Shown piece after piece: positions 10,312 to 19,078 of a stretch of 64,000 bases of DNA. The translations under genes and the position numbers were made by a program. Below the pieces are notes generated by a model. The model did not search any database. It had not been told where the DNA came from and saw only the letters and a program-made list of their open reading frames with translations. Location: NCBI GenBank assembly GCA_964598185.1, contig CAZRAT010000001.1:3419-67418 (forward strand), written 5' to 3'. How positions within the stretch are numbered: the stretch's first letter is position 1; each line of letters begins with the position of its first letter. Source of the DNA: Candidatus Woesearchaeota archaeon. GTDB taxonomy: Archaea; Nanobdellota; Nanobdellia; Pacearchaeales; GW2011-AR1.

Positions 10312-10372
10312 AATCTCTTTAGAAATATTTAGTTTAAAAATCTTTCTATTTGTTGTTATTAAAAAGTAGGTA

Positions 10373-12535
10373 CTAATTTTTAGTAACTTCCTTCTTATTT
10401 TTTTCTTCTTGCTTAATTTCTTTTCCTGTTGATTCTGAAACCTCTTTTAATGCATAATCAAAATCTTGTTTTGTAATTATTAAATCTATTTTTTTCTTTG
10501 ATAAATAAACTCTTTTAATTGCACTAGTTCCAGCTTTTCTACAAACTGCTTCTATATCCGCACCATTCCAATCTTTTGTTTTATTAATGTAATCTGAAAT
10601 TTTGAAATTTTTTGCCAAAGGCATTTTTCTTATATGAACTTCGAATATTTTTTCTCTTTCTATTTTAGTTGGAATTTTTAATCTTACAATTGAGTCAATT
10701 CTTCCTGGGCGAAGTAATGCAGGATCTATTAAATCTTGCCTGTTTGTAGCAGCAATAATAATTACTTTTTCTAATTCTTCAACACCGTCTAATTCTGTAA
10801 GCAATTGATTAACAACTTTTTCAGTAGAATCATTCATTGAAGAGCCTCTTAATTTTGAAATACTATCAAACTCATCAAAAAAGATAATTGAAGGAGAAAC
10901 CATTTTTGCCTTTTTAAAAATTTCTCTAACATGTTTTTCTGACTCTCCAACCCACTTGCTTATTAATTCCGGGCCTTTTATTGAAATAAAATTAGCATTT
11001 GATTCATTTGCAACAGCTTTAGCCAAAAGAGTTTTGCCAGTTCCAGGAGGGCCTGTTAAAAGAATGCCCTTTGAAGGATTTATTCCTGCTTTAGAAAACA
11101 AATCAGGTCTTAACAAAGGTAACTCAACTAATTCTCTTAATTTTTCTTTTTCATTTTCTAAACCACCAATATCTTTCCAAGTTGTTTTCGGTTTTTTTAT
11201 TAAAACTTCTCTCATCGCAGAAGGTTCTACAAATTTCATAGCATCAATAAAATGTTGTCTTGAAATTTTTATTTTATCTAATAATTCAGTTGGAATTTTC
11301 TCTTCTAAATTTTTTAGCTGAGAAAAATATGGTTTAATAGATTTTAATCCAGCTTCTTTGCATAAAACTTCTAAATCTGCACCAGTATATCCAATAGTTT
11401 TTTCAGCAATCTCATCAAAATTGACATCTTTATCAAGGGGCATTCCACGAGTATGAATTCTTAAGATTTCTTTTCTTGCGGTTTCACTTGGAGGATTAAT
11501 TTTTAATTCTCTATCAAATCTACCAGGCCTTCTTAATGCTTCATCAACATCCTCTGGCCTATTTGTAGCAGCCATAACTACAACTTGCCCTCGGGATTTC
11601 AAACCATCCATTAAAGTTAATAACTGAGCCACAACTCTTTTTTCTGTTTGATCTATTCCTTCTGCTCTTTTAGGAGCAATAGAATCAATTTCATCAATAA
11701 AAATAATTGTAGGTGCATTCTTCTCTGCTTTTTCAAAGACATCACGAATATGCTTTTCTGATTCTCCATAATATTTTGACATTATTTCTGGACCAGCAAT
11801 AGAATAAAATGTTGAATCTGTTTCTGTTGCAACAGCTTTAGCCAAAAGAGTTTTGCCAGTTCCAGGAGGGCCTGTTAAAAGAACTCCTTTTGGAGCACCA
11901 ACACCTAATTTTTGAAAAACTTCAGGATGCTTCATTGGCATTTCAACCATTTCCCTTACTAATTCAATCTCATCTTTCAAACCTCCAATATCTTCATAAG
12001 AAATCCCTGTAGAAGTTAAATCTCCGGAATAAGCATTTTCTGAAACAATTATTTTTGTTGAGGGTGTAATAATTACATTTTCTTTTGGCAAAATTTTTGA
12101 AACAACATAGCTCAATTTTGTTCCAAAAACATCAATGACTATTTTTTGATTTAATGTTAAAGGCACATCTAATAATCTGCTATGAAAATATTCTGTTGGA
12201 TTAGCACTAAATTTTACTTCTTGCATTGGAGAAAGAGTAATTGTTTTTGCTTCACTTACTTTTGCCAAAGAAATTTCAACTTGTTCTCCAATAGAAGTAT
12301 TTATATTCGATCTTGTTGTTCCATCTAATCTTACTATTTTTTTATTTGTATCTTCTGTATGCGCTCTCATTAGTTTTAAAACAACACTTTTCTTCCCAGT
12401 TACCTCAATCAAATCTCCAGAATTAAATTTTAGAGATTCCATTATTTGTGAAGGCATTCTTGCAATTCCCTTATCAATATCCTCTTGAAGTGATTCAATA
12501 ACTTCAAGTTTTATTCTTCTCTCTTTTTTAGTCAT
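10373..12535 (-). CDS. cdc48: CDC48/VCP-like AAA+ ATPase (tandem D1+D2)
   Basis: 720 aa; N-domain plus two Walker A motifs GPPGTGKT and two Walker B motifs DEID/DEFD. Confidence 0.9.
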   Translation of the reverse strand: MTKKERRIKLEVIESLQEDIDKGIARMPSQIMESLKFNSGDLIEVTGKKSVVLKLMRAHTEDTNKKIVRLDGTTRSNINTSIGEQVEISLAKVSEAKTITLSPMQEVKFSANPTEYFHSRLLDVPLTLNQKIVIDVFGTKLSYVVSKILPKENVIITPSTKIIVSENAYSGDLTSTGISYEDIGGLKDEIELVREMVEMPMKHPEVFQKLGVGAPKGVLLTGPPGTGKTLLAKAVATETDSTFYSIAGPEIMSKYYGESEKHIRDVFEKAEKNAPTIIFIDEIDSIAPKRAEGIDQTEKRVVAQLLTLMDGLKSRGQVVVMAATNRPEDVDEALRRPGRFDRELKINPPSETARKEILRIHTRGMPLDKDVNFDEIAEKTIGYTGADLEVLCKEAGLKSIKPYFSQLKNLEEKIPTELLDKIKISRQHFIDAMKFVEPSAMREVLIKKPKTTWKDIGGLENEKEKLRELVELPLLRPDLFSKAGINPSKGILLTGPPGTGKTLLAKAVANESNANFISIKGPELISKWVGESEKHVREIFKKAKMVSPSIIFFDEFDSISKLRGSSMNDSTEKVVNQLLTELDGVEELEKVIIIAATNRQDLIDPALLRPGRIDSIVRLKIPTKIEREKIFEVHIRKMPLAKNFKISDYINKTKDWNGADIEAVCRKAGTSAIKRVYLSKKKIDLIITKQDFDYALKEVSESTGKEIKQEEKNKKEVTKN

Positions 12536-12912
12536 TTTTTATCAAAAACCACCTCTAAAACTCCATTTTTAAAAGTATGACTAAAATTTTTAGTTTTAAT
12601 AAAATCTGGCAGAGATTTTTTTATTGACCTTCCCTGAAGCAATTTTTGGGATAGATAACCTTGTATTTTTTCAATGTTTTTTTTCTTAATTTTAATTTCA
12701 ATATTTCTTTTAGCAACTATTAAATTTATATCTTCTTTAAAATATCCTGGCAATTCAAAAATAACAAAAATTTTATTTTCAGTTTCTACAAAATCAATAA
12801 TTCTTTCTTCTCTTTCAGTTTGTATCATTTTTTCTGAAGGTTGCAATCTTGAATCACCAAAAAATTCTCTTACAATATTTTCAAAAGGATCTTCTTCATC
12901 AAAAAAACTCAT
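12532..12912 (-). CDS. Small heat-shock protein (Hsp20/alpha-crystallin)
   Basis: 126 aa; alpha-crystallin-domain core DFVETENKIFVIFELPGYFKEDINL; overlaps the CDC48 gene by 4 nt. Confidence 0.7.
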   Translation of the reverse strand: MSFFDEEDPFENIVREFFGDSRLQPSEKMIQTEREERIIDFVETENKIFVIFELPGYFKEDINLIVAKRNIEIKIKKKNIEKIQGYLSQKLLQGRSIKKSLPDFIKTKNFSHTFKNGVLEVVFDKK

Positions 12913-12936
12913 TTTATTTATTCTCCATTTTCCATT

Positions 12937-15228
12937 TTATCCAAGATAACTATTAGCCATCGGCACAGCCGCCTTTGCAGATTTCAAAAAATTCTCTTCA
13001 ACTTTTTTGTAAACATCAAGAGTTGATTTTGTCACACTCGGCTTTATTTTCTTCAATGCCTCATCAAAATGTTTCTTCTTCACTTCTTTAGAACTCATAT
13101 CCTCTCTCAACGCAAGCATCGCAGCCTCACGAACCAACGCCTCCAAGTCAGCACCTGTATAACCAATTGTCTTTTTCGCAACTTCCTTCATCTTCACATT
13201 TTTAGCCAAAGGCATTTTCTTAGTATGAATATCCAAAATCATTTTCCTGCCTTCTTCTTCCGGCGCATTCACCAACAAAATTCTATCAAACCTTCCTGGT
13301 CTTAACAAAGCAGGGTCAAGCATATCAGGACGATTAGTTGCTCCAATAATAAGAATGTCATTCAAGTCCTCCAGCCCGTCCATTTCTGCAAGCAACTGAT
13401 TCAAAACTCTTTCTGTAACTTTTGAGCCAGTCTCATTACCTCTCTTACCAGCCAAAGAATCAATCTCATCAAAAAACACAATACATGGTGCAACTTGTCT
13501 TGCTCTCTCAAAAATCTTCCTCATGCCTTCCTCAGATTTACCAACCCACATACTCAATAACGAAGGTCCTTTAACTTGAATAAAATTTGCCTCTGATTCT
13601 TTTGCAACAGCCTTAGCCAAAAGCGTCTTCCCTGTTCCAGGCGGTCCATACAATAAAATCCCCCTCGACGGACGAATCCCCATCCTTTCAAAACTTTCAG
13701 GATATTTCATTGGCCATTCAACTGCTTCTTTCAATTCCCCCTTCACACTATCCAAACCTCCAACAGAATCCCAATCAACATTAGGCGTCTCAACCAAAAC
13801 TTCTCTCATTGCCGAAGGTCTAACAACTCTAAGAGCATCCATAAAATCATCCTTCTTAACAATTAACTTCGCCAACACTTCTGGAGAAATCTGTTCATCA
13901 CTCTCCATTTTCATATCAGGCAAAACTTTCCTCAAAACACTCATTGCTGCTTCTTTTGTTAATGCTTCCAAATCAGCCCCGACAAAACCATGTGTAACAG
14001 AAGCTATTTCTTCCAATTTAACTTCTTTAGTCAACGGCATTCCTCTAGAATGGATTTTCAAAACAGCCAACCTTCCTTCTTTATCTGGAACATTAATTAT
14101 AATTTCTCTATCAAACCTTCCTGGTCTTCTCAATGCAGGGTCAAGCGCATTAACACGATTTGTTGCTCCAATAACTACAACATTGCCTCTTGATTTCAAA
14201 CCATCCATCATTGTCAAAATCTGCGATACAACTCTTCGCTCAACTTCGCCACTAACATCTTCTCTCTTCGGTGCAATCGCATCTATTTCATCAATAAAAA
14301 TAATTGAAGGAGCGTTCTTTTCTGCTTCTTCAAAAATATCTCTAATTTTTTTTTCTGATTCTCCATAATATTTAGACATAATTTCTGGCCCATTTAATAA
14401 AATAAAATGTGCCTCAGATTCATTTGCAACTGCTTTAGCTAAAAGAGTTTTCCCTGTTCCAGGTGGCCCGTGTAACAAAACACCTTTAGGTGGTTCAATT
14501 CCTAACTTCTGAAAAATCTCAGGGTGCTTTATCGGAATCTCAACCATCTCACGAATTTTTTTAATTTCTTCTTGCAAACCTCCAATATCTTCATAATTAA
14601 TTTCAGATACAATGTCCTCGCTAATTTCAACGGCTTTAGGATTCAAAACAACCTCTGTATTGTCTGTGATAATAACTGGTTGATTAGGATTAGTTGATAC
14701 AACTAAAAATTTAATTTGTGCAACACCTCCTCCTAAATTTCCAAAACCTAAATTTCCTAACATTCCTCCAAACATATCATTAAACTCTCCAAAATCATCT
14801 GACAACAAATCCTGTCTTCTTTGCACCCCGCCTAAAACAACTATATCTCCTTTAATTGTTGCCCGTCCCAAAAGTCCTCTTCTCAAACTTTCTGGGTCTC
14901 CTTTAACCATAATTCCTTTTTGCGCAGGAGCAATCATAATTTTCTTTGCTTCTTTAATTTCAACTTTAGAAACTTCGACAACATCTCCTAAACCACTCTT
15001 TGCATTTTTTCTCAAAATACCATCAATTCGAATAATGCCCTCGCCAACATCAGCAGGGTATGCCCTATCAGCAATGGCAACAGTCGCACGATTACCCTTA
15101 ATCAAAATCACATCCCCTCGCTGAACCCCCAACTCTTTCATCAACTCATGGTCCAACCGAGCAATGCCTTTGTAAACATCGTCCTGCTGTGCTTCTACAA
15201 CTTTTAATTGAATTTTATTTTTTGTCAT
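12937..15228 (-). CDS. cdc48: CDC48/VCP-like AAA+ ATPase, second paralog
   Basis: 763 aa; two GPPGTGKT Walker A motifs, a glycine-rich linker, and second-region homology. Confidence 0.9.
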   Translation of the reverse strand: MTKNKIQLKVVEAQQDDVYKGIARLDHELMKELGVQRGDVILIKGNRATVAIADRAYPADVGEGIIRIDGILRKNAKSGLGDVVEVSKVEIKEAKKIMIAPAQKGIMVKGDPESLRRGLLGRATIKGDIVVLGGVQRRQDLLSDDFGEFNDMFGGMLGNLGFGNLGGGVAQIKFLVVSTNPNQPVIITDNTEVVLNPKAVEISEDIVSEINYEDIGGLQEEIKKIREMVEIPIKHPEIFQKLGIEPPKGVLLHGPPGTGKTLLAKAVANESEAHFILLNGPEIMSKYYGESEKKIRDIFEEAEKNAPSIIFIDEIDAIAPKREDVSGEVERRVVSQILTMMDGLKSRGNVVVIGATNRVNALDPALRRPGRFDREIIINVPDKEGRLAVLKIHSRGMPLTKEVKLEEIASVTHGFVGADLEALTKEAAMSVLRKVLPDMKMESDEQISPEVLAKLIVKKDDFMDALRVVRPSAMREVLVETPNVDWDSVGGLDSVKGELKEAVEWPMKYPESFERMGIRPSRGILLYGPPGTGKTLLAKAVAKESEANFIQVKGPSLLSMWVGKSEEGMRKIFERARQVAPCIVFFDEIDSLAGKRGNETGSKVTERVLNQLLAEMDGLEDLNDILIIGATNRPDMLDPALLRPGRFDRILLVNAPEEEGRKMILDIHTKKMPLAKNVKMKEVAKKTIGYTGADLEALVREAAMLALREDMSSKEVKKKHFDEALKKIKPSVTKSTLDVYKKVEENFLKSAKAAVPMANSYLG

Positions 15229-15566
15229 CGTCTATTAAAGTCTAAACTTAACCTCCCCATATCTTCAAAACATAACTTTACCATTTCACTCATTGCTTTT
15301 TCTTGCTCATTCATGAACGAAACAATTTCTTTTGGAATTGAAACAGCATAACTATTTCCAACCAATCTCATCTTAACTCTAAATTCCTTATTTTTTAAAT
15401 CTTTAAATCTATTGTACTCTTGCTCATCAACCGGATGGATAATTTTCTCCTCGCATTTTGGACAAACCATTGCTCTAAACAAAAAATTCCTCTTTACAAA
15501 TTTTGCTTTTTTCATTTTTGTATTGCACTTATTGCAAAGAATTGTGTTGTCAAATATATCTGCCAT
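15225..15566 (-). CDS. Zn-ribbon plus AbrB/SpoVT-like swapped-hairpin DNA-binding protein
   Basis: 113 aa; CNKC...CPKC zinc ribbon followed by RVKMRLVGNSYAVSIPKEIV; ATGA overlap with CDC48. Confidence 0.4.
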   Translation of the reverse strand: MADIFDNTILCNKCNTKMKKAKFVKRNFLFRAMVCPKCEEKIIHPVDEQEYNRFKDLKNKEFRVKMRLVGNSYAVSIPKEIVSFMNEQEKAMSEMVKLCFEDMGRLSLDFNRR

Positions 15567-15674
15567 TTTAATAAAAAGGTTTAGTATATACCTTATGTAT
15601 ACACAAAGAAATATACACTATTTAAAGTTTTCCCAATCACACATTTTAAAAACTACAATTTTCTAACCTATTAA

Positions 15675-16298
15675 ATGAAAGGTGATTTGAAAAAATTCTG
15701 GAACAAATTTATTTTCATAGTTTGGAAAGACGATAGCCTAAAAGGTTGGCTCGTCTCAATACTTTTTATTTTCATTGTAATAAAATTTATATTTTTCCCA
15801 GTAATGAGCTTGGCCACCGGAACTTCTCTCCCTCTTGCAATTGTTGAATCCTGTAGTATGTATCATCAAGGAAATCTTTTATCTAACTTTGACACCTGGT
15901 GGGAAAATCACGAATCAAAATACTCTCCACACATAATAAACAATTTAGATTTCCAAGATTTTGTATTCAAAAATGGTTTTAACAAAGGAGACATTTTATT
16001 TATAATAAAAGCAAGACCAGAAAAATTAGAAGTTGGTGATGTGATAATTTTTCAATCAGCCCAAAAAACTCCAATAATCCATAGAATAATTGAAATAAAA
16101 AAAGAAAACAACAAATATCTTTTTTCAACAATTGGCGACAATAATAATGGGCAATTAACTTTTGAGAAAAATATTCAAGAAGAACAATTAATAGGAAAAG
16201 CTGTTTTGAAAATTGCTCCTTATATTGGATGGGGCAAATTAATATTTTATGAACATATGAAACCTAAATCAGAAAAAGGTTTATGTAAAGAAAATTAG
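15675..16298 (+). CDS. Signal peptidase I, archaeal Sec11/S26B type
   Basis: 207 aa; N-terminal TM, catalytic-Ser box ESCSM, HRIIEI His box, conserved GDNN. Confidence 0.7.
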   Translation: MKGDLKKFWNKFIFIVWKDDSLKGWLVSILFIFIVIKFIFFPVMSLATGTSLPLAIVESCSMYHQGNLLSNFDTWWENHESKYSPHIINNLDFQDFVFKNGFNKGDILFIIKARPEKLEVGDVIIFQSAQKTPIIHRIIEIKKENNKYLFSTIGDNNNGQLTFEKNIQEEQLIGKAVLKIAPYIGWGKLIFYEHMKPKSEKGLCKEN

Positions 16299-16332
16299 AA
16301 AAGTTTTTAAAGAGGTTTAATTAAAAATTAAA

Positions 16333-16641
16333 ATGCAATTTTGTCCAAAGTGCGGTACAATTCTTATGCAAAAAAGAAAGAATTTCGGATGTCCTAGATG
16401 TAATTATTCTACTAAGGAAAAAATAAAAATAATTTCTTCTGAAAAAATAGATGCAAGAAAAGAAGTTGCAGTGATTAGAGAAAAAGACATTGACACTAGA
16501 CCAATTACATCCGAAAAATGCGTGAAATGTCCAAACGAAAGAGCATACTTCTGGACTGTTCAGGCACGTGCAGCAGACGAAGCAGAAACAAAATTCTTTC
16601 AGTGCACAAAATGCGGGCATACAACAAAAGATAATAGTTAA
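16333..16641 (+). CDS. tfs: Transcription factor S (TFIIS-type Zn ribbon; RpoM-like)
   Basis: 102 aa; N-terminal CPKCG...CPRC and C-terminal KCVKCPNERAYFWTVQARAADEAETKFFQCTKCGH. Confidence 0.85.
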   Translation: MQFCPKCGTILMQKRKNFGCPRCNYSTKEKIKIISSEKIDARKEVAVIREKDIDTRPITSEKCVKCPNERAYFWTVQARAADEAETKFFQCTKCGHTTKDNS

Positions 16642-16728
16642 GAACAATGGCCCTGAGAGATATAATAAAAAGTTAATTTTGAGTATTTTGATTTATCATT
16701 TGTTAGAAATACTGTAAATTTATTTTAA

Positions 16729-17154
16729 CTATTTAATTAATATCCTTTTAAATATTCCATCTTTTTTTTGAACAAGAACCTCTAAATTAAATTCTTTTGG
16801 ACCCTCTTTTTTATTATTTTCTTGACTATAACGGTGTGTAATCTTTAAATCTTTTAATCCATCTTCATTATAATCAAATACTTCAATATCTGGCATATAA
16901 CAATCAACAGCAGGAATGGGATGAGTAGTCTTAATTCCTGTTTTTTTACCATCAATTAATAATTCATAATTTCTATAAAAATTCATAAAACCTTTTCTGT
17001 TGACAATTTCCCTTTCATCCCATTTTAAAATTTCTTCTATTTGATCCCCTATAATATCTATCTTATGATATTTCTTACAAGGTTCTGGAGGGGAACATCC
17101 AATAAGATTTAAACCTAAAAGTGCACTTATAACATAAGGGATTATTTTTTTCAT
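16729..17154 (-). CDS. Putative lipoprotein
   Basis: 141 aa; signal peptide with lipobox LIGCSP. Confidence 0.35.
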   Translation of the reverse strand: MKKIIPYVISALLGLNLIGCSPPEPCKKYHKIDIIGDQIEEILKWDEREIVNRKGFMNFYRNYELLIDGKKTGIKTTHPIPAVDCYMPDIEVFDYNEDGLKDLKITHRYSQENNKKEGPKEFNLEVLVQKKDGIFKRILIK

Positions 17155-17218
17155 TAAAGAAGATTAAAATTATAGTTTTTAAATCTTTCCCCTGTAGTAA
17201 CTTTTAAGTTATAACTTA

Positions 17219-17240
17219 TGGCCCTGGAGGGATTTGCGGC
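17219..17240 (-). repeat. Partial copy of the tRNA-Lys 3' end (CAAATCCCTCCAGGGCCA), about 50 nt downstream of the gene
   Basis: Minus strand ...GCCGCAAATCCCTCCAGGGCCAT versus tRNA ...GGTTCAAATCCCTCCAGGGCCA. Confidence 0.6.
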
Positions 17241-17287
17241 TTCGAAGAAGTCATCCCTGTGGGAAACCCCTTGGGGTGAAAATCCAA

Positions 17288-17411
17288 TGGCCCTGGAGGG
17301 ATTTGAACCCCCGACACCTAGATATCTCTGAAACAAGTCCAGTTTAAATTCGCTGAACAAAGTTCATTGTCTTAAGAGTCTAGTGCTCTAACCAGGCTGA
17401 GCTACAGAGCC
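17288..17411 (-). tRNA. tRNA-Lys (anticodon CTT) with a ~49-nt intron at the canonical 37/38 site; CCA not encoded
   Basis: Reverse complement gives GGCTCTG-TA-GCTCAGCCTGGTTAGAGC-A-CTAGA-CTCTTAA-[intron GACAATG...AGATA]-TCTAG-GTGTC-GGGGGTTCAAATCCCTC-CAGGGCC-A; all stems pair. Confidence 0.8.
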
Positions 17412-17470
17412 ATCATGACTGCGAAGCAACTTAAAGGCTGAGGCCTCGAATGAGGTCATCCCGTGGGAAG

Positions 17471-17484
17471 CTACAGAGCCATAC
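17471..17484 (-). repeat. Partial copy of the tRNA-Lys 5' end (GGCTCTGTAGCT), about 57 nt upstream of the gene
   Basis: Plus strand gaagctacagagccat versus gene gagctacagagccat. Confidence 0.55.
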
Positions 17485-17569
17485 TAAACAATTAAATAAA
17501 AACTTTAAAAATCTTTCATAAAGCATACTATCCAGTTTAGAATTCTTTATTCAGGGGCGGTAGATTAAT

Positions 17570-17836
17570 TCACTTAATCAAACTTTGTATATTCTCAATT
17601 GCGTCTGCAACTTCTCTTCCTTTCTTTGTTAGTTGTATCACTTTTATTCGCCCCTTTTTTTCAAACCCAACTAACTTCAATAACTCAAGTGTCTGCAAAA
17701 TCTTTACTGCATGGCTATAAGTACAATCCACTTCTTTAGCCAATACACTACCATACCTCATCCTTGTATTTTTCGTCAAAGAAACCAACATCATCGCCGG
17801 CTTTCTCCTAAAAAAAATGTCCAAATTATCTTTCAT
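17570..17836 (-). CDS. Winged-helix transcriptional regulator
   Basis: 88 aa; helix-turn-helix core SVLAKEVDCTYSHAVKILQTLELLKLV followed by a basic wing. Confidence 0.45.
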   Translation of the reverse strand: MKDNLDIFFRRKPAMMLVSLTKNTRMRYGSVLAKEVDCTYSHAVKILQTLELLKLVGFEKKGRIKVIQLTKKGREVADAIENIQSLIK

Positions 17837-17961
17837 TTTAGGTATTCCAATGTATATATTCAGAAAGTAATATCCTTATAAATGTTTTGTAATATATATT
17901 TTACAGTAGCATAGTAGTGAATTTTAAGAAGTTTTATTAATTAAAAAAATATCTAATATAC

Positions 17962-18570
17962 ATGAAAAAGAAAACAAAAATCCTTGCTGTAGGAGACATT
18001 CACGGAGACACAGGATTAGTAAAAAAACTTGCCCAAAGAGCAAAAAAAGAAAACGTTGATTTAGTGATACTTGCAGGAGACATGACCTTTGTAGAAAACT
18101 CAACAAAAAACCTAATCGGTCCTTTTGTAAAAGCAAAAAAACAAGTTTTATTAATCCCAGGGAACCACGAATCTTTTGCAACTGCAGATTTCTTAGCACA
18201 GATGTATCCTGGAACAAAAAATATCCATGGCTATTCTTTTCAAAAAGGAAATCTCGGAATTTTCGGTGCAGGTGGAGGAAACGTGATAAATATTACACCA
18301 GACAAAGAAATATTCAATGCGCTTCAAAGAGGACATAAGAATATTAAAGATATGGAAAAGAAAATAATGGTAACACATATGCATCACAAAGGAAGCAAGG
18401 CTGAATTCTCAGGTTTTCCCGGTTCAAAGGCAGTAAAAAAAGCCATCAAAGAATTTCATCCAGATATTTTAATCAGCGCACACATTCACGAAGCAGGCGG
18501 ACTACAAGAAAAAATAGGAAAGACAGAGGTTATAAATGTTTCACGAAAGGCTGTTATTTTTGAGATATAA
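17962..18570 (+). CDS. Calcineurin-like metallophosphoesterase
   Basis: 202 aa; GDIHGD, GDMT, GNHE and HIHE metal-ligand motifs. Confidence 0.75.
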   Translation: MKKKTKILAVGDIHGDTGLVKKLAQRAKKENVDLVILAGDMTFVENSTKNLIGPFVKAKKQVLLIPGNHESFATADFLAQMYPGTKNIHGYSFQKGNLGIFGAGGGNVINITPDKEIFNALQRGHKNIKDMEKKIMVTHMHHKGSKAEFSGFPGSKAVKKAIKEFHPDILISAHIHEAGGLQEKIGKTEVINVSRKAVIFEI

Positions 18571-18712
18571 CATCGCGATTAAAGAAATCTAAAGCGTAGG
18601 GGAGTAAGAGAGAGTGAAACAACAAAGAAGGTTGAGATTCAGACGATAAATTTATATAAAAGTAAATCTAAATTAATTTATATTTAAACACAGGTTAAAA
18701 AGGAGACAAAAA

Positions 18713-18988
18713 ATGATTGAATATGATAAAAGACATATTGTAGGATATGATAAACTTGGAACAGGAAAATTTTATGTAGGTACAGGACATGAAATTTTGC
18801 CGCCTCAACTTCTTGAAGAAAAAAAACTGAGCCCTAAAATTACAGAAAAAGAATTACAAAAAATATTGGATCGTATGGACATGACAAGATTTTCGCAAGA
18901 AGTTATGGAAAAGGTAATACCCCAGACCGAAGCATACCGCAGGGCAAAAGCAAAGTCCAGAGAAAATGCCCACAATGTTTTTCTTTAA
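18713..18988 (+). CDS. Hypothetical protein
   Basis: 91-aa ORF with an upstream GGAG ribosome-binding site. Confidence 0.3.
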   Translation: MIEYDKRHIVGYDKLGTGKFYVGTGHEILPPQLLEEKKLSPKITEKELQKILDRMDMTRFSQEVMEKVIPQTEAYRRAKAKSRENAHNVFL

Positions 18989-19078
18989 AACCAGACTTCT
19001 GAATTAGATATAACATAAGTCATCATAAGTAAATTTATATACCACAAAATAATAAAACATCTAATTCTAACTATAACT

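Noticed and set aside
10956-11321. Opposite-strand ORFs nested inside large genes (for example 10956-11321, 13069-13305, 13990-14368, 29032-30174, 42499-43494, 51096-51930, 56812-57153, 59348-59614)
   Set aside because: They lie antisense to strongly supported genes (CDC48, ValRS, MCM, FtsZ, AsnRS, GatE), have no motifs and low-complexity translations. These are typical shadow ORFs in an AT-rich genome.
16321-16647. 108-aa Cys-rich minus-strand ORF
   Set aside because: It is the exact antisense of the well-supported TFS gene; the Cys codons mirror the TFS zinc-ribbon codons.
17154-17360. 68-aa ORF overlapping tRNA-Lys and its flanking repeats
   Set aside because: It is explained by the tRNA and repeat sequence; the same applies to ORF 38144-38332 over tRNA-Ile.
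17413-17470. Possible second tRNA (suppressor-like, CTTTAAG loop) in the spacer upstream of tRNA-Lys
   Set aside because: It cannot form a cloverleaf; no D or T arms and anticodon-stem pairing fails. It is more likely a promoter (TTTAAG box) plus a repeat motif.
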